From positions 1,870,810 to 1,934,809 of the forward strand of contig CAWDNW010000001.1 of assembly GCA_963803685.1 (NCBI GenBank): a stretch of DNA of 64,000 nt, read 5' to 3'. A program made the position numbers and the translations under genes. Shown piece after piece: positions 30,594 through 40,785 of this stretch. The DNA is from an uncultured Cytophagales bacterium. Lineage in GTDB: Bacteria; Bacteroidota; Bacteroidia; Cytophagales; Cyclobacteriaceae. The number at the start of each line of letters is the position of its first letter. Position 1 is the stretch's first letter. The notes beneath the pieces are model-generated. The model saw only the letters and a program-made list of their open reading frames with translations, ran no database searches and was not told where the DNA came from.

Positions 30594-30941
30594 ATGCACT
30601 TACAAGAAACTGTACAACACCTTAATAGAATTGTCGATAATATTGCACAGGTAAATGCGCAAACAAGTGGAATGACCTTCGAGGATTTCAGGCAAAATGA
30701 ACCTGTAAGGGAAACTACTTTTGCTTATTTGCAAGAAATAGGGCAAGCAGCAAAAGAGTTGTCCGAAAATCAAAAATTACCTCCTGAAATAAATATTGAG
30801 CCTTTAGTGCGATTAAGAAATGCAAGGTACAATCAGGAAGCTGAGGTTGGCTTTCAGCAAGTGTTTAATTTGCTGCCTGATTTAAGAGAAATTGCAGAGG
30901 AAATAGAACAATCAGATTTATACCAAAATAACTTATCATAA
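30591..30941 (+). CDS. Small HepT/DUF86-like protein with a degenerate active-site motif
   Basis: 116 aa from the ATG at 30591. The pattern MTFEDF...AYLQEIGQAAKEL...LRNARYNQEAEV...LLPDLREI follows my recollection of the DUF86 consensus (IGEAAK...RNxxxHxY...LPxL), but Asn replaces the His. Its stop overlaps the hpf ATG (TAATG). Confidence 0.4.
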   Translation: MMHLQETVQHLNRIVDNIAQVNAQTSGMTFEDFRQNEPVRETTFAYLQEIGQAAKELSENQKLPPEINIEPLVRLRNARYNQEAEVGFQQVFNLLPDLREIAEEIEQSDLYQNNLS

Positions 30942-31264
30942 TGAATATTACTTTAGAACCGGTTAATTTTAATATTAGCCAAGAATTAAATCAGCATGTT
31001 AGAGGAATGTTTAGTAAGCTAAGCAAATTTAATGATCAAATAGTAGGTGTTGATTTATACCTGAAATCTTTACAAGAGACAGATACAGGCGAGAAGTTGG
31101 TGGAAGCTAAAGTGTTTTTACCAGGCAACGATGTTTTTGTTACTGGAAAAGGAGAGAGTTTTGTGACTGCAGCCCAAGATTGTTACGATGTGGCAAAACG
31201 ACATGTTAGAAAAGCAAAAGAAAAAGTGAAAGACCGAAGAGAACCCAGAAGGGATAAAATATAA
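30941..31264 (+). CDS. hpf: Ribosome hibernation/modulation factor, short HPF/RaiA type
   Basis: 107 aa with MNITLEPVNFNISQELNQHV...VDLYLK...AKVFLPGNDVFV, which is typical of the S30AE/sigma-54-modulation family. It has a basic tail. Confidence 0.85.
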   Translation: MNITLEPVNFNISQELNQHVRGMFSKLSKFNDQIVGVDLYLKSLQETDTGEKLVEAKVFLPGNDVFVTGKGESFVTAAQDCYDVAKRHVRKAKEKVKDRREPRRDKI

Positions 31265-31290
31265 TTTGAGACATTGCACTCAATTTGATA

Positions 31291-31317
31291 AGGAGGTTTT
31301 AATTACCTCCTTTTTTT
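31291..31317 (+). terminator. Rho-independent terminator after hpf
   Basis: Stem AGGAGGT/ACCTCCT (31291-31297 and 31305-31311) with a 7-nt loop, followed by a T run. Confidence 0.85.
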
Positions 31318-31532
31318 ACTTGATGCAATTGTGAAGTTAATATCTCTTGAAGTTCTTCAAATCTATATTTTAGTTTTAAATCGAATGTAAAAAGCTTTTC
31401 TTCATTAAATAGAAAAATGCTGTTCTTCTAATTGAAACCTTTGAATAAATCAATATTTGATACGAGGTATTTCAACTGGTGCTAAAATTATTGAATCATT
31501 TTGAAAGTCCAAATTTTCTTAATTTCAACCTA

Positions 31533-32828
31533 TCAAAATCCAAATATAGTAGGCAACCACAAGGTAATTTCAGGTATGTAAGTAACTACAAGAAGGATGA
31601 ACAGCATCATCAGAAATAATGGCATTAAAGGCTTAATCACTTGATGAATCTTAATATTGGCAACTCCGCATCCTATAAACAATACAGAGCCGACTGGTGG
31701 GGTGCACAACCCGATACATAGGTTAAGCACCATGACAATTCCAAAATGCACAGGATCCACCCCTAACTCTATCACCACAGGTAAAAAGATAGGAGTGAAA
31801 ATTAATACTGCTGGAGTCATATCCATGAAAATACCTACAAACAGTAAAACCAGGTTAATAATTAGAAGAATAACAATTTTATTGTCACTTAAGCCAATGA
31901 GTAAACTGCTTACTTCCTGAGGAATGTTTTCGTATGACATTACCCAAGACATCCCAACGGATGTAGCAATCAGTATCATTACAATGGAAGTGGTTTTTAC
32001 AGTATCTAGTAAAATTTGGGGTAAGTCTTTTACTTTAACCTCTTTGTAAATCATGGCTAGTATTAAGGTGTAAAGAACGGCAATGGCTGAAGCTTCCGTT
32101 GCAGTAAAAATCCCCACTACTATTCCCCCGATTACAATAACCAGCATTAACAAACTTGGGATAGCATCCAATAGCTTTTTAAAGGCAAAACTAATTGAGA
32201 CACTTTCGCCTCCCCTTAATTTTTTTCTATAGGCTATTACTCCTGCAACAATCATCAACCCCAAACCTAAAAGCAAGCCGGGCACATACCCTGCAATAAA
32301 TAGTGCAGCAATTGATACTCCACCACTAGCAAGGGAATACACAATTAGAATATTACTGGGAGGAATAATCATTCCCGTGGTGGCACTTGTTATGTTAATG
32401 GCAGCACTGAAAGGTCTGTCGTAGCCCTCATCTTCCATTCTTTTATTCATTACCCCACCGATGGCTGAAGCGGCCGCAACTGCAGACCCTGAAATAGCAC
32501 CAAACAACATGCAGGCAATAATATTTACAAAAGCTAAACCACCAGGTAGTCGACCAACTATAACTTTTGAAAAATCAATCAGTCGGCCAGCAATACCACC
32601 TTTATTCATAAGCTGGCCTGAAAGAATGAAGAAGGGAATTGCCAGCAGGGAAAAGCTATCCAGACTGGTAGCCATTCTTTGTGCAAAGGTGGTCAACGCG
32701 GGCATAGTAGGAATACTTACCAGTATCGTTAGAACAGAAGCAATTCCAATGCTATAAGCAATGGGTACCCCAATTGATAGTAGTACAAGAAAACTTATGA
32801 CAAGAATTAATACCTCAGTTAAGTTCAT
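31533..32828 (-). CDS. dctM: TRAP transporter large permease subunit
   Basis: 431 aa polytopic DctM-type protein. It overlaps dctQ by 14 nt. Confidence 0.9.
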   Translation of the reverse strand: MNLTEVLILVISFLVLLSIGVPIAYSIGIASVLTILVSIPTMPALTTFAQRMATSLDSFSLLAIPFFILSGQLMNKGGIAGRLIDFSKVIVGRLPGGLAFVNIIACMLFGAISGSAVAAASAIGGVMNKRMEDEGYDRPFSAAINITSATTGMIIPPSNILIVYSLASGGVSIAALFIAGYVPGLLLGLGLMIVAGVIAYRKKLRGGESVSISFAFKKLLDAIPSLLMLVIVIGGIVVGIFTATEASAIAVLYTLILAMIYKEVKVKDLPQILLDTVKTTSIVMILIATSVGMSWVMSYENIPQEVSSLLIGLSDNKIVILLIINLVLLFVGIFMDMTPAVLIFTPIFLPVVIELGVDPVHFGIVMVLNLCIGLCTPPVGSVLFIGCGVANIKIHQVIKPLMPLFLMMLFILLVVTYIPEITLWLPTIFGF

Positions 32829-33291
32829 TGGGTTGATTTCTTATTTGAAAAAATTCTATTACGCAGTAGAATAAAATTATTAAACCGCTTAATGGTAAAA
32901 CTAAATACACATAACCCATTGCTATCTGTAAGGAGGAGGAGAATTGCTCCAGAATGAATGTGAGGTAAACCAGCCTGATACCGCCTACTACCATTACACT
33001 TAATGCGAAAGAAAAAACACATAAGTTAATAAAATGCATTAGCATCTTCTTTTTATGGCCTTTTAGCTTATCGGGTAACAAATCAATAGCTAAATGGAGA
33101 TTTTGACCAGTAGCATATGCAGCTCCTAATAAACCAACCCAAATCAATTGAAAACCAGCTAACTCATCGGTGAAATCGCTTGGTGAATTCAAAATAAACC
33201 TTGAGGCTACTTGCCACAGCACGTTTATAACCATGAAAGCCATTAGGGCAATTAATATTACACTTAATATTTTATCAACTTGCTTCTTCAT
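32815..33291 (-). CDS. dctQ: TRAP transporter small permease subunit
   Basis: 158 aa with four TM helices, lying between the dctP-like and dctM-like genes with overlaps. Confidence 0.85.
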   Translation of the reverse strand: MKKQVDKILSVILIALMAFMVINVLWQVASRFILNSPSDFTDELAGFQLIWVGLLGAAYATGQNLHLAIDLLPDKLKGHKKKMLMHFINLCVFSFALSVMVVGGIRLVYLTFILEQFSSSLQIAMGYVYLVLPLSGLIILFYCVIEFFQIRNQPNELN

Positions 33292-34256
33292 TTTTGCCCT
33301 CTGATTTTCTGAATGAGCTCATATTTCTCCTTATCATCTGCATAAGATTCATAAACCTGTTCTACCTGGTTAGCAAATTTGCTTTTATCAGGCCTGGTAA
33401 TTAGTACTCCATTTTTTTCGAGTTCTGATAATGATTCAAGCTCAGATTCAGCCCATTTTTTTCTTTGGTATGAAACTGATTCTTCAGCCGCTGCTTTTAC
33501 CCATTTTTGTTCTTGATCGCTCAGTAAATTCCACCAGTCGGTACTGATTAAAAGCACATCGGGTATTGTAGTATGCTCATCTAATGAATAGTATTTACAC
33601 ACCTCATAGTGTCTTGAAGTATAGAAACTTGGGGGGTTGTTTTCAGCGCCATCCACCACCCCCTGTTGTAAGGCAGTATAAAGTTCCCCATAGGAGATAG
33701 GGCTTGGCGATCCACCCAATGCTTTCACCATATTAACAGCAGTGTTGCTTTTCATTACTCTTATTTTCTGACCTTCGAGATCAGCTGGTTTATCTATTGA
33801 GCTTTCTTTTGTATAAAAGCTTCTGCTGCCTGCATCGTAAAAACAAAGCCCTAACAATTTAAATTTTTGAGACTCCCGCAGTAGTTTTTGGCCTATTTCA
33901 CCATCAAGTATTTGATGAGAATGTGCTACATCTTTAAAAATATAGGGCAGGCCCAAAACCTTATAATTGGGTGCGAAATTTTCCATTACTGCAGCAGAAA
34001 CCTTGGTCATTGCAAGGCTGCCAACTTGTAACAACTCCACCGCTTCCCTTTCTCCACCCAATTGTCCACTAGGGTAAATCTTAATAGTAAGTTTTCCTTC
34101 AGATTTCTTATCTAACAGTTCAGCCATATGAACCATCCCCAGGTGTACAGGGTGATTTACATCTAAAGTATGCGCCAGTTTAAGTGATTTAATTTCTTTG
34201 TTTTGTTGGCACGATGCACTAAAAACCAACATTATGATCAAAAAACAATACCTCAT
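33288..34256 (-). CDS. dctP: TRAP transporter substrate-binding protein (DctP family), probably hexuronate-specific
   Basis: 322 aa with a signal/lipobox (VFSASC) and DctP-type motifs (PYIFKD..., GAENNPPSFY). The hexuronate specificity is inferred from operon context. Confidence 0.85.
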   Translation of the reverse strand: MRYCFLIIMLVFSASCQQNKEIKSLKLAHTLDVNHPVHLGMVHMAELLDKKSEGKLTIKIYPSGQLGGEREAVELLQVGSLAMTKVSAAVMENFAPNYKVLGLPYIFKDVAHSHQILDGEIGQKLLRESQKFKLLGLCFYDAGSRSFYTKESSIDKPADLEGQKIRVMKSNTAVNMVKALGGSPSPISYGELYTALQQGVVDGAENNPPSFYTSRHYEVCKYYSLDEHTTIPDVLLISTDWWNLLSDQEQKWVKAAAEESVSYQRKKWAESELESLSELEKNGVLITRPDKSKFANQVEQVYESYADDKEKYELIQKIRGQK

Positions 34257-34258
34257 GT

Positions 34259-34921
34259 TTAATTTTTTAGCTGATTTACAAAATTCACCACTTCCCTAAT
34301 TCGTAGAGAAAGTGCACTAAAATTTCCTGAAGCAATTAGTTGTTTATCCATTAGTTGTGAGCCCATTCCTACACAAACCACTCCTGAACGGAACCAGGTT
34401 TTCAACTCCTCTTCTTCGGGCGTTACACCCCCTGTAGGCATTAAATTTAAATCAGGACACGGCCCCTTTACTCCTGCAATAAATTTAGGTCCCATAACAT
34501 CGGCAGGAAATACTTTAATGAGTGTGGCTCCCCATCTTTGCCCCTGGATTATTTCAGTAAGAGTTCCACAGCCCGGTGTCCAGGAAATATTATTTTTGGT
34601 ACAAAGTGCAGCAACTTTTTCATCCAGAATTGGGGAAACAATGAAATCAGCACCTAATGCAATGAATTGCTGAGCCTGCTCCTCATTCATAATGGTGCCT
34701 ATGCCGAGTGCCATGCCGGGAAATTGCTCTTTTTGAGACAGTAAATACTCAAAAACCTCGGCAGCCTCTTTGTTCCTGTTGGTAAACTCAAATACAGATA
34801 TTCCACCATCATAACAAGCTTTAACTACTGCTAAAGCAGTTGCTTTATCAGTGTGGCTAAAGACCGGAACTATTGGTGCTGTATTTATTTTTTCTAAAAG
34901 TTGTTCTCCTGTATATGCCAT
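34259..34921 (-). CDS. eda: 2-dehydro-3-deoxyphosphogluconate (KDPG) aldolase
   Basis: 220 aa, Eda family (PIVPVF..., VFEFTNR, KVFPA, PTGGV). Confidence 0.88.
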   Translation of the reverse strand: MAYTGEQLLEKINTAPIVPVFSHTDKATALAVVKACYDGGISVFEFTNRNKEAAEVFEYLLSQKEQFPGMALGIGTIMNEEQAQQFIALGADFIVSPILDEKVAALCTKNNISWTPGCGTLTEIIQGQRWGATLIKVFPADVMGPKFIAGVKGPCPDLNLMPTGGVTPEEEELKTWFRSGVVCVGMGSQLMDKQLIASGNFSALSLRIREVVNFVNQLKN

Positions 34922-34922
34922 G

Positions 34923-35945
34923 TTACCTTTTTATAGCGCCAGTGGTATTTCCACTCATTAATTCTTCTATTTCCTCCACTGTAGCCAATAAGTAGTCACC
35001 CGGAATGGTATGCTTTAAGGCAGATGCTGCTGTTGCAAAATTGATTGCTTCTTTAGCATCTTCATAATGATGAAGACCATAAAGTAATCCAGCCATAAAA
35101 GCATCTCCGCCCCCTATTCTATCTACTATTGGGTAAATTTCCTGCGTATTGGCTTTTGAAAATTCATTGTTGCTCAGGGTGAGTCCTTTCAATATATTAT
35201 GTGATCCGCTTTTTACTTCTCTGGAAAGCATTGCCCACGTTTTTACTTCTGGAAATTCCTGCGATTGTAATTTAAAGCATTGATGAATATCTGAATCAGT
35301 CAAGGTTCTACCTTCCTGTATTTGTAAATTCGTATTCGTCAGTTTTTCAAAGGTAAAAGGGTCGCTAACAACTACATCTGCCTGTCTAATTAATTGAGGC
35401 ATCACCTCAGTTGGTAGAATTCCAAAATCCCAGGAATTCTTCCTGAAATGTAGGTCACAACTGATTTTTATACCCTTTTCTTTGGCTTTTTTAGTGGCAT
35501 ACTGACAAATTTCCAATGCTTTTTTGCTAAGACTTGTGGTAATGCCAGACCAATGAAATAGATTTACACCCTCAAATACTGCATCCCAATCCACCATATT
35601 TATTTCAATGTCGCAGATCGCTGTATTTTTTCTATCGTAAACGATTTTACTACTTCTGATAGAACTTCCTTCCTCCAAAAAATATATTCCAATTCTTTCA
35701 CCCCCTTTGATAATGAAATCAGTATTGACAGAAAATGATTGTATTTTAGCTAGAATTGCATCAGCAATGGTGCTATCAGGGAGGCGAGACAGCATGTTGG
35801 TTTGTACTCCCATTTGAGAAAGTGCTATACCTACATTTAATTCCGAACCACCGAAATTCAAATTAAGGGAGGAAGCATCCGCCCATCTTTTATGGGATGG
35901 CACCGTGAGCCTCATCAATATTTCTCCTAAGCACAGTACTTTCAT
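34923..35945 (-). CDS. kdgK: 2-dehydro-3-deoxygluconokinase (PfkB family)
   Basis: 340 aa with an N-terminus LCLGEILMRL...GGSELNV and a C-terminal DRIGGGDAFMAG. Confidence 0.85.
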   Translation of the reverse strand: MKVLCLGEILMRLTVPSHKRWADASSLNLNFGGSELNVGIALSQMGVQTNMLSRLPDSTIADAILAKIQSFSVNTDFIIKGGERIGIYFLEEGSSIRSSKIVYDRKNTAICDIEINMVDWDAVFEGVNLFHWSGITTSLSKKALEICQYATKKAKEKGIKISCDLHFRKNSWDFGILPTEVMPQLIRQADVVVSDPFTFEKLTNTNLQIQEGRTLTDSDIHQCFKLQSQEFPEVKTWAMLSREVKSGSHNILKGLTLSNNEFSKANTQEIYPIVDRIGGGDAFMAGLLYGLHHYEDAKEAINFATAASALKHTIPGDYLLATVEEIEELMSGNTTGAIKR

Positions 35946-35955
35946 TTTTCTTTTT

Positions 35956-36972
35956 TTAAGTCTTCAATGTTGAACCTCTCACTATCAATTCCGCATCCAC
36001 ATAAATCTGCTTCACTGATTTTGAGCTTTTACCACTGTTAATTGTATCCATTAATAATTTCATTGCCTCAATTCCCATGTCGTATGGGTTTTGCGTTACG
36101 GTAGATAGGTTAGGCTCCACTACCTTGCCAACAGAATCGTTGCCGAACCCGATGACCTTTATGTCCTCAGGTACTCTTTTTCCCAGTTTTTTAAGATAGA
36201 GGATAGTTTGGATGGCAATCGGGTCGCTCACCGCAAAAATCCCATCTACTTTAGGGTTAATGTCTAAAATAGCTTTTACAATATCAACTGGCATTTTGTC
36301 GCTTTCAAAGCCTACATCAATAATTAAGTCTTCATTTATTGGTATTTTCTTATCTCTTAAAGCTTGTAAATAACCTTCTTTTCTATTGATGCAATTTCTT
36401 AAATTGTCAGGTCCTGCTAAATGAACAATGTTTTTGCACCCCAGCTGAATTAAGTGCTTAGTGGCTATATGTCCAGCACCAAAGTCATCTGCTTCCACCT
36501 GGTTGGCTTTAGCTGATCTGAATGCACGATCGAAAAATACGACCGGAATACCACTTTCTTGCAATTCACGAATAGGCTCAAAAGATTCTGTTTGACCTGT
36601 TATAGACAATAGTATGCCCTCCGCTCCAGTAGCGACCAAAGTATTCAATTGATTGCTTTCAAGGTCAACGTCTTCATTCGATTGGCAGATCATTACCCGG
36701 TAGCCTTTTTCATTGGCAACTTCCTGAATTCCACTTATGGTATAAGCAAAAAATGGATTTTGAAGGCTGGGGACAATTACCCCAATCATTTTAGTTCTTT
36801 TAGTCCGTAAGGCTGAGGCCCAATTATTTTTCTGATAATTGAGTTCTTTAGCAAGCTTTTGAACTTTCCGGATAGTTGCCTGATTAATGTTTTTGTTGTT
36901 ATTGAGGGCGCGGGAAACAGTGGATGGCGACAGTCCTAATTGTTGGGCGATATCTTTTATGGTTACACTCAT
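35956..36972 (-). CDS. LacI-family transcriptional regulator embedded in the hexuronate operon
   Basis: 338 aa with the HTH motif TIKDIAQQLGLSPSTVSRALNN and a periplasmic-binding-fold body. It overlaps the uxaC stop by 4 nt. Confidence 0.9.
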   Translation of the reverse strand: MSVTIKDIAQQLGLSPSTVSRALNNNKNINQATIRKVQKLAKELNYQKNNWASALRTKRTKMIGVIVPSLQNPFFAYTISGIQEVANEKGYRVMICQSNEDVDLESNQLNTLVATGAEGILLSITGQTESFEPIRELQESGIPVVFFDRAFRSAKANQVEADDFGAGHIATKHLIQLGCKNIVHLAGPDNLRNCINRKEGYLQALRDKKIPINEDLIIDVGFESDKMPVDIVKAILDINPKVDGIFAVSDPIAIQTILYLKKLGKRVPEDIKVIGFGNDSVGKVVEPNLSTVTQNPYDMGIEAMKLLMDTINSGKSSKSVKQIYVDAELIVRGSTLKT

Positions 36973-38375
36973 AGTTTGAAATTAAAATAATCCTTGGCAT
37001 TTTGATAGCAAATGTCTTGAATTATTTTACCCCACAAAGAATTATCGTCAGGTAATTCACCAGCAACTACATCTTTTCCTATTAAATTGCAGAGAACCCG
37101 TCTGAAATATTCATGCCTCGGGAATGATAGGAAACTCCTGCTGTCGGTGAGCATACCCACAAAACAGCTCAGCATGCCCATGTTGGAAAGCGCATTCATT
37201 TGCTTTTCCATTCCATCTTTCTGGTCAAGAAACCACCATCCAGAACCAAACTGAACTTTCCCCTTGATTGATCCATCATTAAAATTTCCAATCATGGTTG
37301 CAATTACTTCATTATCGGCCGGATTTAAGTTGTAAATAATGGTTTTAGCCAGCTGATCACTATTATCCAATGTGTTTAAATATTGCGATAAGGATTGAGC
37401 CTGAGGAAAGTCTCCAATGGAATCAAAACCAGTATCAGGACCTAAATTCCTAAACATGCGCTTATTATTATTCCTTAGAGCACCCAGATGAAACTGCTGA
37501 GTCCATCCTTTTTCATGATATTTTTTGCTTAATTGTAAAAGTATGAAGTTGCTCAAATGATCAATTTCATTTTTTGTCAATCCTTTTTTGTCATAGGCTT
37601 TATTAAACAATTTCTCAGGGGAGTCTATGTCTTTTTGAGCAGCTGGTATATATTCTATGCCGTGGTCTGCAAGTCTGCCACCCATTATGTGGAAAAATTC
37701 AATTCTTTCAAATAGCACTTCCAACAGTGTATCTAAAGAATTAATTTTTTTCCCTGCAACGTGACTTAATTTTTCCAGATATTTGACATACGCCTCCAAA
37801 TCTTGGAAAGCATATGATTTGTCTGGTCTAAAGGTTGGCAAAATTTGAGTGCTGAAATTTTCATCCTTGATTTGTTGATGGTAATTTAGTGAATCAGCTG
37901 GGTCATCGGTTGTGCATACCACTTTTACATTCATTTTAGTTAAAATACCTCGGGTACTTAACTCTTCAGATTGTAATTGTGCAGATGAGGAATTAAAAAT
38001 AGCTCTGGCAGATTTAGGGCCAAGCAGTTCCTTAATACCGAAATATCTCTGTAATTCAAGGTGCGTCCAATGATATAGCGGATTACGAAGAGTATAAGGC
38101 ACTACCTCTGCCCACTTTCTGAATTTAGATTCTGCATCTTTATCTCCTGTAATAAAGCTCTCATTAATACCCATGGTACGCATTGCGCGCCATTTGTAAT
38201 GGTCTCCCTCCAACCATGCATCAGTAATATTATTGAAATTTCTATTTTCAGCTATGTCTTTTGGGGAAAGATGGCAGTGGTAATCAATAACTGGCATTTT
38301 TGCTGCAAAGTCATGATACAAATCTTCTGCTACTTTATTCTCTAACAAAAAATTATCTCCTAAAAATGGTTTCAT
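36969..38375 (-). CDS. uxaC: Glucuronate isomerase
   Basis: 468 aa with FLLENKVAEDLYH...PVIDYHCHL...KWRAMR. Confidence 0.93.
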   Translation of the reverse strand: MKPFLGDNFLLENKVAEDLYHDFAAKMPVIDYHCHLSPKDIAENRNFNNITDAWLEGDHYKWRAMRTMGINESFITGDKDAESKFRKWAEVVPYTLRNPLYHWTHLELQRYFGIKELLGPKSARAIFNSSSAQLQSEELSTRGILTKMNVKVVCTTDDPADSLNYHQQIKDENFSTQILPTFRPDKSYAFQDLEAYVKYLEKLSHVAGKKINSLDTLLEVLFERIEFFHIMGGRLADHGIEYIPAAQKDIDSPEKLFNKAYDKKGLTKNEIDHLSNFILLQLSKKYHEKGWTQQFHLGALRNNNKRMFRNLGPDTGFDSIGDFPQAQSLSQYLNTLDNSDQLAKTIIYNLNPADNEVIATMIGNFNDGSIKGKVQFGSGWWFLDQKDGMEKQMNALSNMGMLSCFVGMLTDSRSFLSFPRHEYFRRVLCNLIGKDVVAGELPDDNSLWGKIIQDICYQNAKDYFNFKL

Positions 38376-38425
38376 TTTAATTATGTTTTAACGGTCTAAA
38401 TTAGGTGCATGCAACTATTAGCATT

Positions 38426-39607
38426 TTAAGATAGGTCTAATGATTTTGATATTCCTAACTCGAGCCCTCTTAATTCAGCAAGCCCTCTTAAACGGCCAAT
38501 GGCAGAATAGCCAGGATTAGTCTTCTTTTGCAGGTCGTCTAACATCTGATGACCATGATCCGGCCTAACCGGCATCGTAAAACTTTTCTTATGAAGCTGA
38601 GCATTCACAAGCTCTTTCATTACACTAAACATATCTACATCACCTGTTAGATGATCTGCTTCATAAAAATTACCCTCTGCATCACGAGTAGTACTTCTTA
38701 AGTGAATAAAATTGATGTTTGCAGCAAACTCTTTCACCATTTCTGGCAAATTATTGTCTTTTCTCACGCCAAATGAGCCAGTACAAAAGCAAATTCCATT
38801 ATTTTCACAGGCGTCAGCGGCTAATAATTGCCTAACATCTTCCGCTGTGCTCACTACCCTAGGTAATCCTAAAATAGGATAAGGTGGATCGTCTGGATGA
38901 ATTGCTAAACGTACTTCACTTTCTTTAGCAAGAGGAACTATTTCTTTCAGAAAATCGTATAAATTTTCTCGAAGTTTCTTATCATCAATATTTTTATAAG
39001 TATCGAGTGCTGCCTGAAATTGATCTAATGAATAACCTTCCTCCGCTCCTGGCAAACCTGCAATGATATTATTTACAAGTTGTTCCTTATCTATTTCTTT
39101 AATGGAGTTTAGATATTTCTTAGCCATACTTTTTTCAACCTCTGAATAGTCATCATCTGCTCCTGGCCTTTTTAGTAAATATAGGTCAAAAGCGGCAAAA
39201 GCTACTGCATCAAATCTTAAAGCTTTTGAACCATCCGGTAAAACAAAACTTAAATCTGTTCTGGTCCAATCTAGAATTGGCATAAAATTATAGCAGATGG
39301 TTTTTATGCCACATTCTGCTAAATTCTTAATTGATTGCTTATAATTGTTAATGAACTCCTGAAACTTTCCTGATCTGGTTTTTATACTCTCATGAACTGG
39401 AATACTTTCCACCACCGACCAGGTAAGGCCTGCAGCTTCAATAATTTCTTTTCTTTTGAGTATCTCTTCAACAGGCCATACTTGACCGTTAGGGATGTGG
39501 TGCAAAGCCGAAACTATTCCAGTTGCACCAGCTTGTTTAATATCAGCAAGTGATACTGAATCCTTGTCAGGCCCGTACCATCTCCAGGTTTCCTCTAAAT
39601 GAATCAT
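38426..39607 (-). CDS. uxuA: Mannonate dehydratase
   Basis: 393 aa with an N-terminal [11 protein letters not shown] that matches the UxuA hallmark. Confidence 0.9.
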   Translation of the reverse strand: MIHLEETWRWYGPDKDSVSLADIKQAGATGIVSALHHIPNGQVWPVEEILKRKEIIEAAGLTWSVVESIPVHESIKTRSGKFQEFINNYKQSIKNLAECGIKTICYNFMPILDWTRTDLSFVLPDGSKALRFDAVAFAAFDLYLLKRPGADDDYSEVEKSMAKKYLNSIKEIDKEQLVNNIIAGLPGAEEGYSLDQFQAALDTYKNIDDKKLRENLYDFLKEIVPLAKESEVRLAIHPDDPPYPILGLPRVVSTAEDVRQLLAADACENNGICFCTGSFGVRKDNNLPEMVKEFAANINFIHLRSTTRDAEGNFYEADHLTGDVDMFSVMKELVNAQLHKKSFTMPVRPDHGHQMLDDLQKKTNPGYSAIGRLRGLAELRGLELGISKSLDLS

Positions 39608-39651
39608 TCTTATATTTTTTAAACCTAGTGAAAAGGTTGTTACTTTTCTTT

Positions 39652-40494
39652 TTAAACTCCACTAAACGCACTAAACCCTCCATCAATGGGAACTACAACT
39701 CCCGTAATAAAAGAGCTTTCCGGTGCGCATAACCAATGTAAAGTGCTCAATAAATCCTTTGGTTCTCCAAATCGACTTAAGGGTGTATGTTGAATAATGG
39801 TTTGTCCTCTTTCTTTAAGACTTCCATCCTCATTGGTCAGTAAAGATCTATTCTGCTCAGTTAGGAAAAAGCCAGGAGCCATTGCATTTACCCTAATACC
39901 TACCTTCGAAAAGTGTACGGCCAACCATTGTGTGAAATTACTGACAGCTGCCTTTGCGCCACTATAGGCCGGTATTTTTGTTAAAGGAGTGAAGGCATTC
40001 ATGGAGGAAATGTTGATAATCACTCCATTATTGTCAATCATATCTTTGGCAAATTCCTGAGTAGGTAATAAGGTGCCAAGAAAATTGAGATTGAATACGA
40101 AGGAAATGCCAGCAGGGTCTAAGTCAAAAAAGCTAATTAAATCATTAGCGTCAATTTGGTCTTTGCTGAAAAATTCTTTGGAGGTGGTTCCTTTTGGATG
40201 ATTGCCACCAGCACCATTCACCAGAATATCGCATGGGCCTAATTGAGTCCGCACGATTTCGTGTGCGGCTTTTAAGCTTTCTGCTTCCAGTACATTGGCC
40301 TTTACTCCTATGGCAGTTCCTCCATTTTTTTTAATTCGATCAGCTACTTCTTCAGCTGCCTCTATTTTTAGATCTAAAACTGCTACTCTAGCACCATTTT
40401 GAGCTAAATATTCAGCCATAGTGCTACATAGTACGCCACCTGCACCCGTTAAGACTGCTACTTTATCTTTAAATGCATGATTTGATTCTCTCAT
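39652..40494 (-). CDS. SDR-family oxidoreductase, probably a short-chain D-mannonate/fructuronate oxidoreductase
   Basis: 280 aa with [15 protein letters not shown] and YSGAKAA (YxxxK). It is the first gene of the uxu/uxa operon. Confidence 0.6.
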   Translation of the reverse strand: MRESNHAFKDKVAVLTGAGGVLCSTMAEYLAQNGARVAVLDLKIEAAEEVADRIKKNGGTAIGVKANVLEAESLKAAHEIVRTQLGPCDILVNGAGGNHPKGTTSKEFFSKDQIDANDLISFFDLDPAGISFVFNLNFLGTLLPTQEFAKDMIDNNGVIINISSMNAFTPLTKIPAYSGAKAAVSNFTQWLAVHFSKVGIRVNAMAPGFFLTEQNRSLLTNEDGSLKERGQTIIQHTPLSRFGEPKDLLSTLHWLCAPESSFITGVVVPIDGGFSAFSGV

Positions 40495-40614
40495 AGAAAA
40501 GTGTTCTTTAGTCTATTTTAGTTTATAAAAAAGCCACACAAACGAGTGAATTTTTCGCTCGTGTAACCTTTTCTACCCTAAACAAAAACATATGATTTTA
40601 CTATATTAGGTAAA

Positions 40615-40689
40615 ATGCAAACGATTTCTAAGTAAAAACTTGTGAAATTCAGATTAATTTTTAAGGGAACGTTCCCGGGAACGTTTGCA
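40615..40689. promoter_or_regulatory. Candidate LacI-family operator cluster in the divergent uxuB-like / lacI control region
   Basis: It contains ATGCAAACGATTTC (40615-40628), the perfect 12-bp palindrome GGGAACGTTCCC (40665-40676) and, immediately after, GGGAACGTTTGCA (40677-40689). The CG-centred symmetry and TGCAAACG / CGTTTGCA half-sites are typical of LacI operators. Confidence 0.5.
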
Positions 40690-40785
40690 TTTTTATTTCA
40701 AGAAATTTATTGCATTCAAACTGATTCAATTAAAAATTCTGTAACTTCAAAATTGAATTATAATCTGGCTAAAATTGTGTCAGTA

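Noticed and set aside
40642-40785. GTG-initiated 48-codon N-terminal extension of the second LacI regulator
   Set aside because: The extension translates the operator palindromes (KGTFPGTFA comes from GGGAACGTTCCCGGGAACGTTTGCA). It also precedes a normal LacI N-terminus starting at the ATG at 40786, with the HTH motif about 10 residues in.
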